Shown here piece after piece: positions 23,370 through 33,954 of a stretch of 41,800 nt of DNA. Every line of letters starts with the position of its first letter. The stretch's first letter is position 1. The position numbers and the translations under genes were made by a program. The notes under the pieces were generated by a model that had not been told where the DNA came from, made no database searches, and saw only the letters and a list, made by a program, of their open reading frames with translations. Source of the DNA: Chiloscyllium plagiosum (Eukaryota). Where the stretch lies: contig NC_057752.1 of assembly GCF_004010195.1 (NCBI RefSeq), positions 16,241,610 to 16,283,409 of the forward strand, in the 5' to 3' direction.

Positions 23370-23740
23370 CAGATGATTGTTGTATCTCTGGCTGGGCCAA
23401 TGTTTATTGCCCTTTGAGAAGGTACTGGTGACACACTCCTTTGAACTACTGCAGCTGGTTACCATTTAACACTTGGGGTGAAAAAGAGGGAATTCCAGGA
23501 TTTTGACCCAGTGACATTGAAGGAACGGCGATATATTTCCAACTCAGGATGTTAAGGGGCTCAAAGGGAAACTTGCAGGGGGTGGTGTTCCCATGTACCT
23601 GCTGTCCTTGTCCTTCAGATGGAAGTGGGTTTGGAAGGAGCTGTCTGAGGAGCCTCGGTGAATTGCTGCATAGATCCTGTGTATGATACGCACTGCTGCT
23701 ACTGAGTGTTGGAGTGAATCTTTAAGGTGGTGGATAACTA
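23370..23740 (-). mobile_element. LINE (CR1/L2-type) 3' fragment
   Basis: Minus strand gggaacaccacccctgcaagtttccc...ggaaatatatcgccgttccttc, which resembles a LINE 3' region. Confidence 0.6.
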
Positions 23741-23894
23741 AGAACGTAAAGGATGGGCATAGACCATTCAGTCCATCTGGTCTGTTCAACCACTCAATAT
23801 GATGATGGCATGATGGCTCAACTCCACCTTCCTGCCCACTCCCCCGAAGAACCAACCTTCTCTCCAGCTCAGCTTTAAGTATTAGACAAAAAGA

Positions 23895-24120
23895 AAAAAA
23901 CACAAAAAGACTGTAGATGCTGTAAATCTGAATTAAAAACAGAAATCTCAGCAGGCCTCATCATCTGTGGAGGGAAATCAGAGTTAATGCGTCAGCTCAA
24001 GTGACGGTTCTGAGGAAGGGTCACTGGGGCCCGAAATATTAACTCTAATTTCTCTCCACAGATGCTGCCAGACTTGCTGTGTGTCCAGCAATCTCTGTTT
24101 TTGTTTCAGCCTTCAGTATA
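23895..24120. mobile_element. Penelope-like inverted-repeat element (family E) with hammerhead at 24007-24043
   Basis: The left arm (catctgtggagggaaatcagagttaa) is complementary to the right arm (ttaactctaatttctctccacagatg). Motif GUU-CUGAGGA-A-GGGUC(ACUGG)GGCCC-GAAA-UA-UU-AAC. Confidence 0.68.
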
Positions 24121-24989
24121 TAGCATCAAGCTCCACCATTCAATATGATGATGGCTGATTCTCGATCTGAACACCAGATTCCCATTCTCTCCCAATATCT
24201 CCTCAAGACTCTTTGCCTCTTAAATAAAACAGCTTCTTCCTTCAATGCATTCAGTGACCTGGTCCTGACTGCTTTCTGTGGTACCAATCCCAAGTGTTCA
24301 CTCGTCTCCATTAACACATTTCTCCTCAGCTCATTACAAAGTGGTCTCCTGTTTATCCTGAGAACGTAATTCCTTGTTCTTGATCCTTACACCATTCCCC
24401 CACCTCCCTGGTCAAGGGGAGACATCTTACTTGCATCCAGCCTATCGACTCAATCTCTCCTTGTACAACAAGCCTGCTGTCCCAGGAATCCGTCTGGGGA
24501 ACCTTTGCTGTATTCCCTCTATGTACATCTTTTCACAGGTAGGGAGAATAAACTGCACCCAAGTGTTGTCTCACCAGGGCCCTGTACATCTACAGTAACG
24601 CTTCCCTGATCCTGTACTCAAACTACCGAGCAATGAAGACCAACAGACCATTTGCCTTCCTGCTTTCCAAAAACACCCTGGTGAAATTCATAAACTATCT
24701 TCCCCTGTTCCAGCTACCTCTGGCAGATTGACCGGACAAAGACCGAATGAATGAATCGGGAGTTGCAATCAATGGGCCGAGAAGTGGCAGATGGAGTTTA
24801 ATTTAGATAAATGGGAGGTGCTGCATTTTGGGAAGGCAAATCAGAGCAGGGTTGATACACTTAATGGTAAGGTCCTGGGGAGTGTTGCTGAACAAAGAGA
24901 CCTTGCAATGCAGGTTCATAGCTCCTTGAAAGTAGAGTCACAGGTAGACAGCGTACTGAAGAAAGTATTTGGTACGCTTTCCTTTATTG

Positions 24990-26042
24990 TTGTGGTTCTG
25001 TTCGCCGAGCTGGGAATTTGTGTTGCAGACGTTTTGTCCCCTGTCTAGGTGACATCCTCAGTGCTTGGGAGCCTCCTGTGAAGCGTTTCTGTGATGTTTC
25101 CTCCTGCATTTATAGTGGTTTGTCTTTGCCGCTTCCGGTTGTCAGTTCCAGCTGTTTGCTGCAGTGGTCGGTATATTGGGTCCAGGTCAATGTGCTTATT
25201 GATTGAATCTGTGGATGAGTGCCATGCCTCTAGGAATTCCCTGGCTGTTCTCTGTTTGGCTTGTCCTATAATAGTAGTGTTGTCCCAGTCGAATTTATGT
25301 TGCTTGTCATCTGTGTGTGTGGCTACTAAGGATAGCTGGCCGTGTCGTTTCGTGGCTAGTTGGTGTTCATGGATGCNNNNNNNNNNNNNNNNNNNNNNNN
25401 NNNNNNNNNNNNNNNNNNNNNNNNNNNNNNNNNNNNNNNNNNNNNNNNNNNNNNNNNNNNNNNNNNNNNNNNNNNNNNNNNNNNNNNNNNNNNNNNNNNN
25501 NNNNNNNNNNNNNNNNNNNNNNNNNNNNNNNNNNNNNNNNNNNNNNNNNNNNNNNNNNNNNNNNNNNNNNNNNNNNNNNNNNNNNNNNNNNNNNNNNNNN
25601 NNNNNNNNNNNNNNNNNNNNNNNNNNNNNNNNNNNNNNNNNNNNNNNNNNNNNNNNNNNNNNNNNNNNNNNNNNNNNNNNNNNNNNNNNNNNNNNNNNNN
25701 NNNNNNNNNNNNNNNNNNNNNNNNNNNNNNNNNNNNNNNNNNNNNNNNNNNNNNNNNNNNNNNNNNNNNNNNNNNNNNNNNNNNNNNNNNNNNNNNNNNN
25801 NNNNNNNNNNNNNNNNNNNNNNNNNNNNNNNNNNNNNNNNNNNNNNNNNNNNNNNNNNNNNNAACTGACAACCGGAAGCGGCAGGGACAGACCACTATAA
25901 ATGCCGGAGGAAAGATCACAGAAGCGCTTCACAGGAGGCTCCCAAACACTGAGGATGTCACCTAGACAGGGGACGAAACGTCTGCAACACAAATTCCCAG
26001 CTCGGCGAACAGAACCACAACAACGAGCACCTGAGCTACAAA
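24990..26042. mobile_element. Penelope-like element (family C), inverted arms, 12 bp TSD, central N-gap
   Basis: HEHQLATKRHGQLSLVATH...EFLEAWHS on the minus arm. TSD TTTCCTTTATTG at 24978-24989 and 26043-26054. Confidence 0.92.
25946..25985 (+). ncRNA. Minimal hammerhead ribozyme motif, intact core (family C)
   Basis: ACA-CUGAGGA-U-GUCaCCU(AGAC)AGGgGAC-GAAA-CG-UC-UGC. The minus partner at 25025-25064 has GAAA->AAAA. Confidence 0.75.
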
Positions 26043-26681
26043 TTTCCTTTATTGGTCAGAGCATTGAGTACAGGAGTTGGGAGGTCACGTTGCGGCTGTA
26101 CAGGACACTGGTTAGGCCACTGTTGGAATATTGCGTGTAATTCTGTCTCCCTCCTATTAGAAAGATGTTTTGAAACTTGAAAGGGTTTAGAAAAGATTTA
26201 CAAGGATGTTGCTAGGGTTGGAGGGTTTGAGCTACAGGGAGAGGCTGAATAGGATGGGGCTGTTTTCCCTGAGACGTGACCTTATAGAGGTTTATAAAAT
26301 CATGAGGGGCATGGATAGGGTAAGTAGACAAAGTCTTTTCCCTGGGGAGAGGGAGCCCAAAACTAGAGGGGCATAGGTTTAAGGGGAAGGGAAAGATTCA
26401 AAAGGGATCTGAGGGGCAACCTTTTCACACAGAGGGTGGTACGGGTATGGAATGAGCTGCCAGAGGAAGTGGTGGTACAATTACAGCATTTAAAAGGCAT
26501 CTGGATGGGTATATGACGAGGAAGGATTTAGAGGGACATGGGCCAAATGCTGATAAATGGGACTCTAATTTAGGATATCTGGACGAGTTGGACCAGAGGG
26601 TCTGTTTCGTGCTGTATAACTCTATGACTCTTATGAAAGGAAAGGTGAGTATGTTGTGAAATGGGTTTGTTGGAATCTCAC

Positions 26682-26851
26682 TTGTTTATTGCAGACCAGA
26701 TTTTCAGGGCATCATCCCTGTAGTAATATCTGGGCAGATGTTCCACATTGCGAAAGGCCACATCTTCTGGGAGACACAAGGACGAGTAGGTTGTTTGCTC
26801 CAAAGCTCGCTGCAGTATTTGTAGTTTTGCATTCCCTCCTGTCGAGAAAGC
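26682..26851 (-). CDS. Lipoxygenase (ALOX15B/ALOXE3/ALOX12B-like), first visible exon (5th from last), 170 bp
   Basis: Minus strand gtctttttag|GCT...AAC AA|gtgaga. Translates AFSTGGNAKLQILQRALEQTTYSSLCLPEDVAFRNVEHLPRYYYRDDALKIWSAINK, with the LOX motifs CLPED and YYYRDD..IW. This frame is not in the ORF track. Confidence 0.95.
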
Positions 26852-27069
26852 CTAAAAAGACATGAGACCCCATCACAACGTGCATCACAATTGGGACGAA
26901 TTCTGACCAATTCTCAACCCAGAATCGCTACTTTAAACAAGAACAACCGAAGGCCATTTATCTGGAATTCGATTCGATGATAGCTTTTCTGTGGCACGTG
27001 ATGACTGACATTCCACTCCAAAAAAAAGAAAAACATGTTCTGGCCAATTCCCCAGTCTCACTCCAATTG

Positions 27070-30000
27070 ATATCCCACCTTCCCCAGTCTATCCCCTCTC
27101 TATATTCCACCTTCCTCAGTCTGTCCCCTCTCTATATCGCACCTTCCTCGGTCTGTCCCCTCTCTATATCCCACCTTCCTCAGTCTGTCCCCTCTCTATA
27201 TCGCACCTTCCTCAGCCTGTCCCCTCTCTATATCCCACCTTCTCCAGTCTATCCCCTCTCTATATCCCACCTTCCCCAGTCAATCCCCCCAAGTCTATCC
27301 TCTCTCAATATGCACCTTCCCCAGTCTATCCCCTCTCTATATCCCACCGTTCCCCACTCTATCACCTCTCTATATCCCACCTTCCCCAGTCTGTCCATTC
27401 TCTATATCCCACTTTCCCCAGACTATCCCCTCTCTATATCCCACCGTTCCCCAGTCTATCCCCTCTCTATATCCCACCGTTCCCCACTCTATCACCTCTC
27501 TATATCCCACCTTCCCCAGTCTGTCCATTCTCTATATCCCACTTTCTCCAGACTATCCCCTCTCTATATCCCACCGTTCCCCAGTCTATCCCCTCTCTAT
27601 ATCCCACCGTTCCCCAGTCTATCCCCTCTCTATATCCCACCGTTCCCCAGTCTATCCCCTCTCTATATCCCACCGTTCCCCAGTCTATCCCCTCTCTATA
27701 TCCCACCGTTCCCCAGTCTATCCCCTCTCTATATCCCACCGTTCCCCAGTCTATCCCCTCTCTATATCCCACCGTTCCCCAGTCTATCCCCTCTCTATAT
27801 CCCACCGTTCCCCAGTCTATCCCCTCTCTATATCCCACCGTTCCCCAGTCTATCCCCTCTCTATATCCCACCGTTCCCCAGTCTATCCCCTCTCTATATC
27901 CCACCGTTCCCCAGTCTATCCCCTCTCTATATCCCACCGTTCCCCAGTCTATCCCCTCTCTATATCCCACCGTTCCCCAGTCTATCCCCTCTCTATATCC
28001 CACCGTTCCCCAGTCTATCACCTCTCTATATCCCACCTTCCCCAGTCTGTCCATTCTCTATATCCCACCTTCCCAAGTCTATCCTCTCTCAATATGCACC
28101 TTCCCCAGTCTATCCCCTCTCTATATCCCACCGTTCCCCAGTCTGTCCTCTCTCTACATCCCACCTTCCCCAGTCTAACCCCTCCCTATATCCCACATTC
28201 CCCAGTCTATCCCCTCTCTATATCCCACCGTTCCCCAGTCTATCACCTCTCTATATCCCACCTTCCCCAGTCTGTCCATTCTCTATATCCCACCGTTCCC
28301 CAGTCTGTCCTCTCTCTATATCCCACCTTCCCCAGTCTATCCCCTCTCTACATCCCACCTTCCCCAGTCTAACCCCTCCCTATATCCCACATTCCCCAGT
28401 CTATCCCCTCTCTATATCCCACCGTTCCCCAGTCTATCACCTCTCTATATCCCACCTTCCCCAGTCTGTCCATCCTCTATATCCCACCGTTCCCCAGTCT
28501 ATCACCTCTCTATATCCCATCTACCCCAGACTATCCCCTCTCTATATCCCACCTTCCCCAGTCTAACCCCCCCTACAATCCCACCTTTCCCAGTCTGTCA
28601 CCTCTCTGTATCTCATCTTCCCCAGTCTATCCCCCACCTCTCTGTATCTCATCTTCCCCAGTCTATCCCCTCTCTATATCCCACCTTCCCCTGTCTATCC
28701 CCCTCTATATCCCACCTTCCCCAGTCTATCCCCTCTACAATCCCACCTTTCCCAGTCTGTCCCCTCTCTATATCCCACCTTCCCCAGTCTATCCCCTCTA
28801 CAATCCCACCTTCCCCAGTCTATCCCCTCTACAATCCCACCTTCCCCAGTCTGTCCCCTCTCTATATCCCACCTTCCTCAGTCTGTATCCTCTCTATATC
28901 CCACCTTCCCTAGTCTATCCCCTCTACAATCCCACCTTCCCCAGTCTGTCCCCTCTCTATATCCCACCTTCCTCAGTCTGTCCCCTCTCTATATCCCACC
29001 TTCCCCAGTCTNNNNNNNNNNNNNNNNNNNNNNNNNNNNNNNNNNNNNNNNNNNNNNNNNNNNNNNNNNNNNNNNNNNNNNNNNNNNNNNNNNNNNNNNN
29101 NNNNNNNNNNNNNNNNNNNNNNNNNNNNNNNNNNNNNNNNNCATCCAGGGAACAGGAGAATCGACGTTTCGGGCATAAGCCCTTCTTCAGGAATGATTCC
29201 TGAAAAAGGGCTTATGCCCGAAACGTCGATTCTCCTGTTCCCTGGACGCTGCCTGATCTGCTGCGCTTCTCCAGCAACACATTTTCAGCTCTGATCTCCA
29301 GCACCTGCAGACCTCACTTTCTCCTCAAATATTCAACCGTTCCCCAGACTATCCCCACTGTATATCTCACCTACCCCATCTATCCTCTCTCTATATCACA
29401 CCTTCCCCAGTCTGCCCACTCTCTAAAACCCATAATTCCCCAGTCTATCCCCTCTCTATATTCTACTGTTCCCCAGTCTATCCCCTCTCTATATCCTGCT
29501 GTTCCCCAGTCTATCCCCTCTCCATATCCCACCTTCCCCAGTCAATCCCCTCTCTATATTCCACTGTTCCCCAGTCTATCCCCTCTCTATATCCTGCTGT
29601 TCCCCAGTCTATCCCCTCTCCATATCCCACCTTCCCCAGTCAATCCCCTCTCTATATCCCTCCGTTCCTCTGTCGATCCCCTCTCTATATCCCACCATCC
29701 CCAGTCTATCCCCTCTCTATATCCCACTTCCTCAGTCTATCATCTCTCTATATCCCACTGTTCCCCAGTCAGTCCCCTCTCTATATCCCACCTACCCCAG
29801 TCTATCTCCTCTCTATATCCCACCTTCCCCAGTCTATCCCCTCTCTATATCCCACTTCTCCAGTCTATCCCTTCTCTATATCCCACCTTCACCAGTCTAA
29901 CCCCTCTCTATATCTCACCTTCCCCAGTCTGTCCCATCTCTATATCCCACCTTCCCCAGTCTGTCCCCTCTCTATATTCCGCCATTCCCCAGTCTATCAC

Positions 30001-30124
30001 CTCTCTATATCCCACCATACCCCAGACTATCACCTCTCTATATCCCACCTACCCTAGTCTATCCCCTCTCTATATCCCACCGTCCCCAGTCTATCCCCTC
30101 TCTATATCCCACCGTTCCCCCGTC
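27070..30124. repeat. 33 bp pyrimidine-rich minisatellite with a homogeneous core (~27555-28020), interrupted by a gap and a Penelope-like insertion
   Basis: Unit CCCCAGTCTATCCCCTCTCTATATCCCACCGTT; gives the 11-aa-period ORFs. Confidence 0.97.
29142..29326. mobile_element. Palindromic Penelope-like terminal repeat pair (family A) with two hammerheads
   Basis: Arms 29142-29194 and 29196-29248 are reverse complements around G29195. The minus-strand motif (29163-29190) is intact: CUGAAGA-A-GGGC(UUAU)GCCC-GAAA-CG-UC. The plus-strand motif (29200-29227) reads CUGAAAA. Confidence 0.8.
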
Positions 30125-31375
30125 NNNNNNNNNNNNNNNNNNNNNNNNNNNNNNNNNNNNNNNNNNNNNNNNNNNNNNNNNNNNNNNNNNNNNNNNNNNN
30201 NNNNNNNNNNNNNNNNNNNNNNNNNNNNNNNNNNNNNNNNNNNNNNNNNNNNNNNNNNNNNNNNNNNNNNNNNNNNNNNNNNNNNNNNNNNNNNNNNNNN
30301 NNNNNNNNNNNNNNNNNNNNNNNNNNNNNNNNNNNNNNNNNNNNNNNNNNNNNNNNNNNNNNNNNNNNNNNNNNNNNNNNNNNNNNNNNNNNNNNNNNNN
30401 NNNNNNNNNNNNNNNNNNNNNNNNNNNNNNNNNNNNNNNNNNNNNNNNNNNNNNNNNNNNNNNNNNNNNNNNNNNNNNNNNNNNNNNNNNNNNNNNNNNN
30501 NNNNNNNNNNNNNNNNNNNNNNNNNNNNNNNNNNNNNNNNNNNNNNNNNNNNNNNNNNNNNNNNNNNNNNNNNNNNNNNNNNNNNNNNNNNNNNNNNNNN
30601 NNNNNNNNNNNNNNNNNNNNNNNNAATTTCTGGAAATAAGAATCCAATGATGACCATGAATTCATTGTTGGAAAAACGCTTCTGGTTGACTAATGTCCTT
30701 CAGGGAAGGAAATCTATCGTCCTCCCCTGGTCTGGCCAGCATGTGACTGTAGATTGACTCTCAACTGCCCTCTGGGCAACTAGGGACGGGAAGTAAATGC
30801 TGGCCCAGCCAGTGAGGCCCATCTCCCACGAGAGAGTTTAAAAGCGATTCCTGGTTATGTTAGTTTGTCATGGGTCAGGACGTCGATCTGTCTGGTCTCT
30901 CTATACCAGCTGATGGTATTCCTGGACAGATCAGTTCCCACATTGAAACGAGGCATTGATCGAGCAGCTGTCTCATCGTTGCTGCCGGGTCCGTTTCATC
31001 ACCGGAACAATTCCACACGAGACTGCAAACATTCTTTCACAGAGCAGGTACGTTTATTCCATCAAATACAGCAAACAAGCCCAAGCGAAATATCGAAACA
31101 CAAACAATGAAACAAGGTTTTCAGTAGTTTCCCAGCGTTATCCAGGACAGAATCTGTAGTCCAAAGGAATAATGTTATCCCGTTCCTAACTGGGTTCCAT
31201 CCACTTTCCCGACAAATCCCTCTCCGGGACAAAAGTGTGAACCTCTCTCGATTCTGCTGGCCTAAACGTTTTCCATTGTAACAATGTGGAGATTTCTACC
31301 CAACATTTCCCCAGATTGGAAACTTCACAAACACAGCACAGTACAGGCCCTTCAGAAACTGGAGAAGAGCACAAC

Positions 31376-33950
31376 TATTGGAGTGGTAACTAGGGAAGGG
31401 CGGGGCTATTGGAGTGGTAACTAGGGAAGGGCAGGGCTATTGGAGCGGTAACTAGGGAAGGGCGGGGCTATTAGAGTGGTAACTAGGGAAGGGCAGGGCT
31501 ATTGGAGCGGTAACTAGGGAAGGGCGGGACTATTGGAGCAGTAACTAGGGAAGGGCGAGGACGTTGGAGCAGTAACTAGGGAAGGGCGGGACTATTGGAG
31601 CAGTAACTAGGGAAGGGTGGGGCCATTGGAACGGTAACTAGGGAAGGGTGGGGCTATTGGAGAGGTAACTAGGGAAGGGCGGGGCCATTGGAGCGGTAAC
31701 TAGGGAAGGGCAGGACTATTGGAGCGGTAACTCGGTAAGGGCGAGGACGTTGGAGTTATAACTAGGGAAGGGTGGGGCTATTGGAGCGGTAACTAGGGAA
31801 GGGCGGGACTATTGGAGCGGTAACTAGGGAAAGGCGGGGCTATTGGAGCAGTAACTAGGGAAGGGCGGGGCTATTGGAGCCGTAACTAGGGAAGGGAGGG
31901 GCTATTGGAGCGGTAACTAGGGAAGGGCAGGACTATTGGAGCGGTAAGTAGGGAAGGGCAGGACTATTGGAGCGGTAACTATGGAAGGGCGGGGCCATTT
32001 GAGCGGTAACTAGGGAAGGGCGGGGCTATTGGAGCGGTAACTAGGGAAGTGCGGGACTATTGGAGCGGTAACTAGGGAAGGGTGGGGCTATTGGAGCGGT
32101 AACTAGGGAAGGGCGAGGACGTTGGAGTTATAACTAGGGAAGGGCGGGGCTATTGGAGCGGTAATTAGGGAAGGGTGGGGCTATTGGAGCGGTAACTAGG
32201 GAAGGGCGGGACTATTTGAGCGGTAACTAGGGAAGGGCGGGACTATTGGAGCAGTAACTAGGGAAGGGCGGGGCTATTGGAGCGATAACTAGGGAAGGGC
32301 GGGACTATTGGAGCGGTAACTGGGAAGGTCGGGGCCATTGGAGCGGTAACTAGGGAAGGGCGGGGCTATTGGAGCGGTAACTGGGAAGGTCGGGGCCATT
32401 GGAGCGGTAACTAGGGAAGGGCGGGACTATTGGAGCAGTAACTAGGGAAGGGTGGGGCTATTGGAGCGGTAACTATGGAAGGGCAGGGCCATTGGAGCAG
32501 TAACTGGGAAGGGCGGGGCTATTGGAGCGGTAACTGGGAAGGGGCGGGACTATTGGAGCAGTAACTAGGGAAGGGTGGGGCTATTGGAGCGGTAACTATG
32601 GAAGGGCAGGGCCATTGGAGCAGTAACTGGGAAGGGCGGGGCTATTGGAGCGGTAACTGGGAAGGTCGGGGCCATTGGAGCGGTAACTAGGGAAGGGCGG
32701 GACTATTGGAGCGGTAACTGGGAAGGGCGGGGCCATTGGAGCAGTAACTAGGGAAGGGCAGGGCTATTGGAGCGGTAACTAGGGAAGGGCGGGACTATTG
32801 TAGCGGTAACTAGGGAAGTGCGAGGACGTTGGAGCGGTAACTAGGGAAGGGCGGGACTATTGGAGCGGTAACTAGGGAAGGGCAGGGCTATTGGAGCGGT
32901 AACTAGGGAAGGGCGGGACTATTGGAGCAGTAACTAGGGAAGGGCGAGGACGTTGGAGCAGTAACTAGGGAAGGGCGGGACTATTGGAGCAGTAACTAGG
33001 GAAGGGCGGTGCTATTGAGCAGTAACTAAGGAAGGGCGGGGCTATTGAAGTTATAACTAGGGAAGGGCAGGGCTATTGAGCAGTAACTAGGGAAGGGCGG
33101 GGCTATTGAAATTGTAACTAGGGAAGGGCAGGGCTATTGAGCAGTAACTAGGGAAGGGCGGGGCTATTGAAGTTATAACTAGGGAAGGGCGGGGCTATTG
33201 AGCAGTAACTAGGGAAGGGCGGGGCTATTGGAGCGGTAACTAGGGAAGGGCGAGGACGTTGGAGTTATAACTAGGGAGGAGCGGGGCTAGTGAGCAGTAA
33301 CTAGGGAAGGGCGGGGCTAGTGAGCAGTAACTAGGGAAGGGCGGGGCTGTTGGAGCAGTAACTAGGGATGGGTGGGGATATTGGAGTTATAACTAGGGAA
33401 GGGCGGGGCCATTGGAGCAGTAACTAGGGAAGGGCGGGGCTATTGGAGCGGTAACTAGGGATGGGCGGGACTATTGGAGTTATAACTAGGGAAGGGCAGG
33501 GCCATTGGAGCAGTAACTAGGGAAGTGCGGGGCTATTGGAGCGGTAACTAGGGAAGGGCAGGACTATTGGAGCGGTAACTAGGGAATGGCAGGACTATTG
33601 GAGCGGTAACTAGGGAAGGGCGGGGCCATTGGAGCGGTAACTAGGGAAGGGCGGGGCCATTGGAGCAGTAACTGGGCAGGGCGGGGCCATTGGAGCGGTA
33701 ACTAGGGAAGGGCGGGGCTATTGGAGCGGTAACTAGGGAAGGGCAGGGCCATTGGAGCGGTAACTAGGGAAGGGCGTGGCCATTGGAACGGTAACTAGGG
33801 AAGGGCGGGGCTATTGGAGCGGTAACTAGGGAAGGGCGGGGCCATTGGAGCGGTAACTAGGGAAGGGCGGGACTATTGGAGCGGTAACATGGGAACGGCG
33901 GGGCTATTGGAGCGGTAATTAGGGAAGGGTGGGGCTATTGGAGCTGTAAC
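31376..33950. repeat. 31 bp G-rich minisatellite (type 1), about 80 copies
   Basis: Unit ATTGGAGCGGTAACTAGGGAAGGGCGGGGCT. Confidence 0.97.
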
Positions 33951-33954
33951 TAGC

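Larger units (their letters stand above)
24765..26632 (+). mobile_element. CR1 LINE 3' part, interrupted by a Penelope-like element
   Basis: MEFNLDKWEVLHFG...QRDLAMQVHSSLKV before the insertion and LYRTLVRPLLEYCV after it; ends in a ctctatgactct tail. Confidence 0.9.

Noticed and set aside
26977..28566. 529-aa PSLSPLYIPPF and 184-aa GIDWGTVGYRE repeat ORFs
   Set aside because: Translations of a 33 bp minisatellite with no evidence of coding function.
30880..31045. Minus-strand frame containing AATMRQL, resembling the LOX ATLRQLP motif
   Set aside because: It lacks the preceding HxxxxH ligands and the following HPxxK, and the flanks do not resemble LOX; most likely a chance match.
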